Positions 30,201 to 35,768 of a DNA stretch of 64,000 bases are shown here, piece by piece. Numbering within the stretch: position 1 is the stretch's first letter; each line of letters starts with the position of its first letter. The DNA lies in assembly GCA_037431425.1 (NCBI GenBank), contig GCA_037431425.1_4129.2; one strand, given 5' to 3'. The DNA is from a phage. A program made the position numbers and the translations under genes. Under the pieces are notes generated by a model, which had not been told where the DNA came from, made no database searches, and saw nothing but the letters and a program-made list of their open reading frames with translations.

Positions 30201-31204
30201 GAATTATTGCCGTACTCATTTCCTTTTGTGACCAAAACTACGTCACCATTTTGTGGTTCACCACTTGGACGGGACTCAGTTTCTTCATTTGGATCTAGTG
30301 CTAAGCCATAAACGCGTGTACCATCTTGCATTTTTTTAACATACACTTTATAAATTCTATTGTTTTCACCATCATTACCAATACTGGTGAATAGAATACG
30401 CATACCATCTTGTGGAATAATACCATCAATGCGAATACCGCTATTGACATCTTTTTGAATAATATCTTCAGGTTTGATACTATCAGAAAAAAGTTCAACT
30501 GTTCCACGGAATTTTGTACCGTAGTTAATTAGCTCGATATTTTTATTATATTCGATAATTGGTGCACGAGCACGAATAAAACGAGAATCTTGCATTAGCT
30601 CTTCAGTCAAGATAGAACCGTCTTCTAGTGTTTCACCTAAAGTATACCAAAAGTTTTGCAAAGACCATGTATTACCATTAAGTGCTCCACGTTCCATTAC
30701 AATGTAATCAGGTGTAATGATATTATAAGAGTTTTTGGTATCCCAAAGATACGAACTAAAATTGTTCATTTTATTTGGGTTAATTGCAGGAGTCCATGCA
30801 TAAAACTTACCGTTAAATAAACGACTTTCATTATCGGTTAGTGCTCCGTAATGACTCATGTATCCAACAAGATCATCATAAAATTGAATTGAACGAATTG
30901 TTGAATCATCATTTTTAGAGACATAAGCAGTGGACAACTGATATAGTTGACGTGCAACAGAACTTTCATGCAAGAAGATATTACCAGCGGCAGCCGGAGA
31001 ACCCATGTCACCAATATAACCGTCAACCAATTCGTTTTCAGCCGGATTAAACCATTGTTGAATAACATCATCACTGACTTTTTGAATATCTTCTAAGCCT
31101 TGCATCCACTCAGGCAATCTTTTGATAAAAAGCTTTTTCTGTACTGCTTCAGCCATCTGTGTAGGTTGAAACTTAAAATTATTAGTCATTTTTCTGGACT
31201 CCAT
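21221..31204 (-). CDS. Giant virion protein (3327 aa), possibly an expanded gp7-like baseplate wedge protein
   Basis: Uninterrupted 10-kb ORF; downstream of the gp25-like and gp6-like genes, the slot gp7/gpI occupies in other contractile-tail baseplate clusters; GGAG sits before the sixth codon (ATG at 31189), so the true start may be there. Confidence 0.6.
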   Translation of the reverse strand: MESRKMTNNFKFQPTQMAEAVQKKLFIKRLPEWMQGLEDIQKVSDDVIQQWFNPAENELVDGYIGDMGSPAAAGNIFLHESSVARQLYQLSTAYVSKNDDSTIRSIQFYDDLVGYMSHYGALTDNESRLFNGKFYAWTPAINPNKMNNFSSYLWDTKNSYNIITPDYIVMERGALNGNTWSLQNFWYTLGETLEDGSILTEELMQDSRFIRARAPIIEYNKNIELINYGTKFRGTVELFSDSIKPEDIIQKDVNSGIRIDGIIPQDGMRILFTSIGNDGENNRIYKVYVKKMQDGTRVYGLALDPNEETESRPSGEPQNGDVVLVTKGNEYGNNSMYWNGTLWVRAQAKPSVNVFPQFQLYDRNGIKLDNSTTYPSSTFKGSPLFGFKINYNYAADSVYGYNIELGDYNYYTYENFLQSQRYTYDHLGVEVEIGGLYYYNIIDENNKMNLQTDWVRSKEFSKQFVKQTPQVKRTDMYRVFSSVYDMELFKEPVEGMYAYVIEVDKTYQYYKAERETYLDWHQISGDGIQVLKYDHTFELAQKVLDNDSDIIEVVVDGVNISKYTKNVLKGQVQSITIDNSVELDDDSVIQIRTYSSTVTPDKELGAYEVPINLQNNPYNSNIIYINQGDYTLHFQDIIQQNITSGYADDFNDYEERLAKGLVNNGVGTKIIQNEASMLPLMAHTANEDIDLFEATMFMQSEYFRFINKFNTQMLRMYNENPTNFLQNSAANIVDSILATINMGRDSSFPFYYDNVGSTSGLIRAFIPPTPQFLGILQAYVPEKATFLTAGSKPSYYNISHTGIISKAYRVINGVDKMDDVVYELENRIFNSIDNKFKDVDYVPVLNSDDLFPTPYFTKTEYSAEEKQTLLLRGYINFTASNGISNSTHDYDPNNWRTWNYTGTYYVVDGKSTEIPARGSWRAIYTDQYGTYRPATHPWEMFGFTQRPTWWNQEYEPTAVQVGERDGDVVYVYEALVTDEQGDLVPSGLWDVNDTIGDSSTGTILYGDRRGQYDKYKRFGVQPFKITKTGNKTSSGVDICVVEYIAPEVLGLVSGSLVHRAEPWAYGDMGDMEFTYMNTTLFAYDQMLLLYKAKPAQFANYYWDTRNDNLKEIITTGEQFLYGDTRNRVNFDKNTTVHGEDNTRTIGYQMFVSDYLMYQNKNITTKYGDVVRSSYVNVGHKIGGFTKADQLTFNAKSFGLISQENQTIGLVRSNNIRDEQMSAIKITWNGSAYQIDGYDLVGAKFKYKLPVKNGRKVTLKLENRNIVHYNEWKSEASIEYGTIFNSYQEVYTFICGYGEYLKEHGWIFEDVNQDGIQQDWHTIAKDFVIWSQSPLVTGEFISCTPSAANAKFGSDFGSVQSITQNNGGVWSLLDDNNQGIRQYEIETSRIGNIFTVRTTDSNKRIALIRLSLCSYEHAVIFDDKTIFGDYIYQPTYGSIQELIKMYGYITGSWTGRLQAPGFIILESGTIPSFETLVTDFQHYYDNEHPVSDVQLQELSSHLIGYQSRDYLQRMISSDVSRVDFYKGFIHDKGTNQVLERVLRVSKSYDTDEYKALQEWAFKVGTYGNIDGKKNLQFKLINDQFKQQPQMMSFDENATSNGNGNNIVFFGEQGKDPQWITRPNGKFSFPMRSGRSEHIQLPDIGPVTLDEVSYTTKDFSTAFNDRMLYINGKGENPESVWMFKDGNGLWNIFELIDTNVKMVSITPIETTDVYAEKFCKVTLSDDIPLEDGDYYYFVDETNFMPDTLTVESQYYTAGDDSKVMVVPFDTSINIEFTDPDTRPRLYRYVSRFVSTEERQAYIDKKYSFKAPQSTLFERPTTYDERTNITALYLNVYDPINGVIPGAAMQNVTYTSPIDPAQYNSNGELVQAWGAEKVGQVWWNTSTAFYLDYTRAIYDADGNVDIDATNEYKRYNWGRLLPHSTIDVLEWVCSPVEPYNWDKYCKDVAKKNKNNNMYLPSGTALEDNYSTFLEYDSSTDSYVTKYYFWVRDTIYVPPIHTRTKSCTDIARIIKDPSQLNIPWFAPINENSFILSNMQFEVNDDTSVLTISYYMDNTEVVKHDQYQLCKEGESYNFNPLIWDSMWNSLIGQETTKSGKVVDLLYPEVGTGLGSNKTWFQNIIEARRNFVESANNYYRSQNITTNSVVMEDVFNVKTTEVNPNEVSFRVLTYNNELVIAVEKDKFKENDAVILSSSGYLPTPLSTSAVYFIHFDENGYIQLMNSPANAGSVVTITLENKGEGQHKMIKQSDYVESLGTSLDMTQYWSYADWYDVGYDSKTAYIQEISLEEANAKNYQVGDIIRVTDSENIWTLYIKSQSRDSIYWKAIGRQRSTIELNDLFYVDYNVHNEDGSLSNREINIRKALALLKNSFDLHQSEIVFDMVKYVHVEQGVVDWVFKTSYIYIVGLEQSLVQNYSNDNLINQIVEYFEEVKPYRTKIRSQIEQKTSDDDLIKGLCNDLDPNGYIFVDGSWVKTEKDIWDYEYAQYNETTKKWEKVGSLPSDFIAPNRRFQEIDIIMHYDNIQCKPNKDLANINELISVNNKYQSNEKDSVNTYELQRYIYSYPVYNEQSFDLVNAYLLQTYYPELDVTLGTANGVNQWYKEHADDLEATDEFTATLERIYNESTHNEMFTDLRHYVQYNTLANRLKLYKDISDDKIHDEVGCGFSGLVYNDNPSTRLPLGFSSSNDYNYGYFEISKELYEKYISFITEKYPDASEHDIKVKLEVEYGVYVYRYDEIGGDTRFYSDAVHVLAAMRGLFDKDSTDMYEKAEEILSKTPIDIYAITMMPRKHVYLNINGEYQSIPDDKSIDDFMEDYFITNGEMIKLAEINLDDLPQDQNNPMYSDYQYIIDSIAEAKFFNDMNAFDNLALESQTSAIKWEVKDDEVDPYIIDISEINPASRAVGHIRFTVDGYGFDTESLVQLRNNSRYKTEGMAIINPYKHTEAIVSIPSYAKIEHDINKTASPFEEKYFYRVRSINSLTEAEIVDSDLSDGDKVMIFTPDGEDFIRYQNRTWETILRVSNIKHNTTPILFTVRTTGKETIELVDSSGNVLRYDNITLGQLNQPVQHLALNIVRVRTFADPEFTKGDIKLYEQNRNYTIDVINYDVFYDTTLNGGKYNDGVTPDDVDVWVVSNEIFNDDGITIDNGYNLPITGEGVLSELVRTKMPDCLEINVIEYDAKDIKPTKNNEGVWVYEYPMVDSMYIDVADATITNITTISEENTTYVAQPLSVSHYNVRNNVLSGSAANKSDIISIGYEKVEVRNTNNLLRGVMYSAEHDFKHDTTYSFNGINLGGYDKFKRYTQNSYTIDLSVYTNSLRVRGNDIQKILIVK

Positions 31205-31227
31205 ATAATTCGTTCATTCATTTGATT

Positions 31228-31235
31228 TATTTATT
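31228..31235 (-). promoter_or_regulatory. Late-promoter-like box (AATAAATA) for the giant ORF
   Basis: Reverse complement of 31228-31235 is AATAAATA, 39 nt upstream of ATG at 31189. Confidence 0.4.
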
Positions 31236-31239
31236 AGAT

Positions 31240-31263
31240 AAAAAAGGCGTTCCGAAGAACGCC
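31240..31263 (-). terminator. Intrinsic terminator between the gp6-like gene and the giant ORF
   Basis: Stem GGCGTTC (31246-31252) / GAACGCC (31257-31263), loop CGAA; on the minus transcript it is followed by U6. Confidence 0.55.
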
Positions 31264-31270
31264 GATATTA

Positions 31271-34200
31271 TTAAGAACCGATATTAATATTACTTTTAGC
31301 TAATGAGTTAACTATTTGAACATTTTCAACCGATGCAGTACTCAAGAATATTTGGTCCGAGCGTGAAGGTATTTCAAACAAAGAACCAAATTTGGAATTC
31401 GGATTTTGTGCAACTATAACAATTGTACTAATATGTCTTCCTAGTTGGGAATGTATATAAGTACATAAATCGGTATAATAGAAACTTTCACCAAAATCCC
31501 AGTTATCAACATTAAAATATTCATTCGTTAATGCTATCACATTTTGACGAATTTCATCATCACTCATCGTGCTATTTGGTAGCTTAACAACTTTAAAATC
31601 AGCTTTATAATCTTCCGCAGCACTGTTCCCAAATAATGGTAGATACTCTGCACTATGCCAGATAATACTATCACTGATGACTATTTTTTGTTCGACATCT
31701 TTGAACATATTTTTCAATTCAACTGATGTTGGAGGCTTCGGCATACTTCCAACTGCATTATTTTTTAACCACACATCAACTTCAGTTTTGTATGAGTTTG
31801 TTAGTACATACATATCAATTAGGTTTGTTCTACTAGGATCAATACGGTTATCATCAGGTGCATAATGTTTCCAATGGAAATCTATACTGGTACGAGCATT
31901 CGTCTTAACCGTATATTGCGATGTAACATCTTTATAACCATAATAATCCAACTTCTGATTCTCATCAGCATTAGTACCCATGTTATTAATTGAACGATAA
32001 AACGCAAGTTCAGGACTAATAGTTCCGGTATCATCGGAATATGTCAAATTACTGATTAATTGCCCCAAACGATCATTGTTATTACCAACAGTTTGTTCAA
32101 TAAAATAATATTTACCATCATATTTAAAACACACTAAGAATCCAGAGCCTTTACTATACAATCCACTCAATGTGTTAGAACGAATTGCATTATTTCGTAC
32201 AAATTCGGTTCTTTTATATGTATTAGGTTCAGCTAATGCTTGTTCCATCGTATAAGACCATGACGTATCCAGTAGTGAGAATGTATCATTTGGTAATGAC
32301 AGTACTGAAATTGTAAAATCATTATTTTCCTTGAATATCAATATACCACCGTATTTTAATGCATCAGAACCTGACCATTCTGGAACAATATCTTTAAATT
32401 GATTCGGTTCCAACGGTATACCATTACTATCTACTTTTCTAGAGGTGACAATAATACGAGAACCATCCAGATATCCATTTTCTTGCTGTATTGTGTCATA
32501 AATTTGAAAATCTATATTACTTGTTAGACCTGAGTTACTTGTGCTTGTTGTGTTGGATGATAAAATTTCAATTTTATCACTTTGAACTGTACCAGAACTA
32601 ATATCAGTTATTTTTTTGGATGAAACGAAATAGAATTTGACTTTATTACCACCAACAAATATATATTCAATACCATTTGCATCAAATTCCCAGGTTTCTG
32701 CTGTATATTTAACGTTTATTACAACTAAAACTTCGTGACCATTGTAAACAATAGTATCATCATTTGTACTAATTTCTACTGGAACCCATGAAGTTGTTTC
32801 TTTATCATGAACAATAACAAAATCAGTTTTTTTATCAAGCATTGCAGAAATAGACTGAACCTCAACCGAATCAAATCTTGTTCTATATGGTAATATATAA
32901 TCAATTGCTTGCATTTTACTAGAAACTGGCGTACTTAATACATAAAACCCATTATCTAAAACACTAATAACACTTGCCCATATAGTTGTTGTAGAGTTGG
33001 AGAACTTAATTAAAGTGCCAACCTGATACGAATTATATACTGTCCCAGATGATCCCATGATTCTTCCATATGTATTGGTAGTATAATTCGAATTATAAAC
33101 AGGTGTCCATGATTGTTGAAGTTCAATTCCAATAGTATTTGGTGGATATGCTTGATAACGTTGTATCACAGCATTTTCACCAATTAGTGGTTGAATATTG
33201 TCAATTACGATACTGGCATTTGTTTTTGTAGTTGGTAGTAATAAAGATTTATTAAATTTAGTATTTTCTTTATATAATGCACCATCATCACTAAAAACAT
33301 CAGTATTTTGATATTTTCCAGTAGGGTCATTAATATCAATGAATCGAGACTGTCCACTATAAATTCTATTAATAGCTTTTGACTTAAGTACAGTGTTACC
33401 TAAACTGAGTGGAGCAATATTATAATCTTCACCATTAACAAAACGGTTTTGTGTGTAATACATTTGTGGTGCTCGTGCTTTAATTTGCTCAATAGTCTCA
33501 GCACTTTGTGCACGATCTGATTCGTATTGTAATGAAAAGCGTACATCTAGTGTGCTTGATTCATAACTGGATTGTGTTTTAGTACGATACGTATATTTTA
33601 CACTTTTATTTTGAATTTCTGACGTTTTGATGTTATATGTTTTACCATTACTAACACGATACCACACACGGAATGTACCACGCGGAACAACACCACTTCT
33701 GGAATCTGGATATTTAATTGTTATTTGATCTTTATCACGAGTTGTAACTGCAAAAATTGTTTTAAGCTGGCGATTGACCGTGTTGTATGCAATACTTTCC
33801 ATGGATGGAACTTTTGTCCATTTGGTACGAACAATACCATCTTCATTGATTTCTTGTACCCAAACATCAGTTTCATTTATGTTATCAACGTTTACCTCTT
33901 GTATTCTATTTTCTTCACGAATATTATATTGGTAATCTTGATATGTCAATGTTCCTTGGATAAAATACACAAAAAAACCAGTATTTGGTGAACTGAATCC
34001 ATTACCATCATTTTGGTACACAATATATTTTTGCTCTTGTGGTTCTGGATGTCTCTCTTCAACACCAACAGATGTAATGTCAGGGTTAACCACTTCAAAT
34101 GTCATTGATTCACCATTAACAGTTGCAACAAATGGTATACTTGGAGCACTCATAGGAATAGTATTCATTCGATAAAGCTGACGTGACACCCCATTGACAT

Positions 34201-34732
34201 CAATACGTTTAACTGGATTACCGAACTGATTAGTACTAACAAATGAACTATTCATAACAAGAATAAAGTTTTCATACCAATTCGCATCCATTGGGTCGTT
34301 CCAACGAATAATTTTATCTTTTAATGATTCATTAAAACTATTACGAACATCTTGGTTTGTTTTAATTTCTGTTAATTTTGCTACTGCACGACCTGGATAT
34401 GAGCGACGTGGTGTATACGAAATCATTTTGGCTAATTTTAGAACCGATGCACGGCGTGTAGCAGTATCTAAGAAGTTTTCACGCGTGTTCAAATCCATAC
34501 GAAATGCCAAGTTCTGACCCAGCATTGAAATGGTATCAAGAATAAAAATAAACTGATCGTTTTCAATCCAGTCATTAAATGAATCAGGATACGTTTGACG
34601 CAAATAATCAATCATACTCTGGCGAATAGTATCAAAGTCAAATGCCGTGAGATTGATTTTATAAAAACTTTCATATACTTGTGTCCAATCTTCACCACTA
34701 TATAAATTTGATTGCCTTTTTTGTTGTGACAT
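31271..34732 (-). CDS. Baseplate wedge protein, T4 gp6-like (1153 aa)
   Basis: N-terminal segment NDQFIFILDTISMLGQNLAFRMDLNTRENFLDTATRRASVLKLAKMISYTPRRSYPGRAVAKLTEI parallels T4 gp6 YDFEGSRLNVLCDLLAYNTLYIQQFGNAAVYESFMRTANLRSSVVQAAQDNGYLPTSKSAAQTEI (from memory); RBS AAGGA. Confidence 0.55.
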   Translation of the reverse strand: MSQQKRQSNLYSGEDWTQVYESFYKINLTAFDFDTIRQSMIDYLRQTYPDSFNDWIENDQFIFILDTISMLGQNLAFRMDLNTRENFLDTATRRASVLKLAKMISYTPRRSYPGRAVAKLTEIKTNQDVRNSFNESLKDKIIRWNDPMDANWYENFILVMNSSFVSTNQFGNPVKRIDVNGVSRQLYRMNTIPMSAPSIPFVATVNGESMTFEVVNPDITSVGVEERHPEPQEQKYIVYQNDGNGFSSPNTGFFVYFIQGTLTYQDYQYNIREENRIQEVNVDNINETDVWVQEINEDGIVRTKWTKVPSMESIAYNTVNRQLKTIFAVTTRDKDQITIKYPDSRSGVVPRGTFRVWYRVSNGKTYNIKTSEIQNKSVKYTYRTKTQSSYESSTLDVRFSLQYESDRAQSAETIEQIKARAPQMYYTQNRFVNGEDYNIAPLSLGNTVLKSKAINRIYSGQSRFIDINDPTGKYQNTDVFSDDGALYKENTKFNKSLLLPTTKTNASIVIDNIQPLIGENAVIQRYQAYPPNTIGIELQQSWTPVYNSNYTTNTYGRIMGSSGTVYNSYQVGTLIKFSNSTTTIWASVISVLDNGFYVLSTPVSSKMQAIDYILPYRTRFDSVEVQSISAMLDKKTDFVIVHDKETTSWVPVEISTNDDTIVYNGHEVLVVINVKYTAETWEFDANGIEYIFVGGNKVKFYFVSSKKITDISSGTVQSDKIEILSSNTTSTSNSGLTSNIDFQIYDTIQQENGYLDGSRIIVTSRKVDSNGIPLEPNQFKDIVPEWSGSDALKYGGILIFKENNDFTISVLSLPNDTFSLLDTSWSYTMEQALAEPNTYKRTEFVRNNAIRSNTLSGLYSKGSGFLVCFKYDGKYYFIEQTVGNNNDRLGQLISNLTYSDDTGTISPELAFYRSINNMGTNADENQKLDYYGYKDVTSQYTVKTNARTSIDFHWKHYAPDDNRIDPSRTNLIDMYVLTNSYKTEVDVWLKNNAVGSMPKPPTSVELKNMFKDVEQKIVISDSIIWHSAEYLPLFGNSAAEDYKADFKVVKLPNSTMSDDEIRQNVIALTNEYFNVDNWDFGESFYYTDLCTYIHSQLGRHISTIVIVAQNPNSKFGSLFEIPSRSDQIFLSTASVENVQIVNSLAKSNINIGS

Positions 34733-34834
34733 AATTTATTCCTTTAAATCAGTAAAGTACTAGTTCAGTACTGGGAATTATATAGAAATATTTATTCAAA
34801 AAGAAAAGCACCCCGAAGAGTGCTTTTTTAATAT

Positions 34835-35230
34835 CTACAAAGACGATACTGAATATGTTGCCATTCTATTATTACTTCTTGCATCAAATACAATAGAAAG
34901 TTCCTCTACAGTATTCAATACTACATAATGCAATACTATGTTCATTTGATATCCATATTCTATCCTTGAAATTTGTATTTTTTTAAGATTCAAACGTGGA
35001 TCTAAAGAAATAATCCTTCTGGCATCTGCTTCCAAAAGGTTCATAGTATTATAACCTTCCAATTCAAACAACAAATCCCATGCAATAAAACCATAGTCTG
35101 CATCAAATGCCCTTTCGCCTTTTTTTGTATTGAAATGGTTCATTAAATCCTGACGAACCAGTTCAGTATCGTACAATGTTTCCGTTCTACCCACAACTGG
35201 TGTGGAGAAACCTTTAAAAACAACTGCCAT
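34835..35230 (-). CDS. 25: Baseplate wedge protein, T4 gp25-like (131 aa)
   Basis: FDADYGFIAWDLLFE...LLEADARRIISLDPRLNLKKIQI parallels T4 gp25 FDPEFGCDLSDQLFE...TADTVERNIESAVRNYEPRIDKLAV; RBS AAGGA. Confidence 0.6.
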   Translation of the reverse strand: MAVVFKGFSTPVVGRTETLYDTELVRQDLMNHFNTKKGERAFDADYGFIAWDLLFELEGYNTMNLLEADARRIISLDPRLNLKKIQISRIEYGYQMNIVLHYVVLNTVEELSIVFDARSNNRMATYSVSSL

Positions 35231-35243
35231 TGTCTATTTCCTT

Positions 35244-35732
35244 TTATACGGATTCGACGATTCGTGCCATCTTTTCCGCTCTAGAAGTGGTTTGTTTATA
35301 CCAGGTACTATCACGCAATTCTTTACCAGCAGTTTTATAATCAGCATTACCCAATGCGGTCATTGCTTTTTTAAATTTCAAAACTTTGGCTTTGCCCATT
35401 TGGAACACCATCATCCACAAAACACGCTGTACTTGTACTGGTGCAGTCATGCCAAATTGCTCATAAATTGATTTTGCGTCATTGTACGCGGCCTGAGCAT
35501 CTTTAATAAGAAGTTGTTCAGCTTGTTCTTCAGTTAAGCCATTTTTGAAGTTTTCACCAGGAAGAACTAAATGACCATAACCAATAGTATCAAGTCCCAA
35601 GCTATCTTTATATACCCAAAACTTATCATTTTTAAAATAACCAAGTTTTTTCTGATAAGCAATAGTTCCTTCAAATTCTTTGATTTCATTAAAAAATTGC
35701 TCATCTGTATTTTTAATTTCCCATTTACTCAT
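35244..35732 (-). CDS. T4-lysozyme-type (GH24) lysozyme, stand-alone (162 aa)
   Basis: Catalytic-region motifs EFEGTIAY ... YKDSLGLDTIGYGHLV match T4 lysozyme E11/D20/T26 context; ~55% identical by eye to the C-terminal domain of the adjacent spike gene. Confidence 0.8.
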   Translation of the reverse strand: MSKWEIKNTDEQFFNEIKEFEGTIAYQKKLGYFKNDKFWVYKDSLGLDTIGYGHLVLPGENFKNGLTEEQAEQLLIKDAQAAYNDAKSIYEQFGMTAPVQVQRVLWMMVFQMGKAKVLKFKKAMTALGNADYKTAGKELRDSTWYKQTTSRAEKMARIVESV

Positions 35733-35768
35733 AAAGACATCCTTATATTATTTATAGTACTAAAATAT

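Noticed and set aside
21518-30507. Numerous 60-120-aa ORFs on both strands inside the giant ORF
   Set aside because: All nested in or antisense to the continuous 3327-aa frame; AT-rich, Ile/Phe/Asn-rich translations, no RBS.
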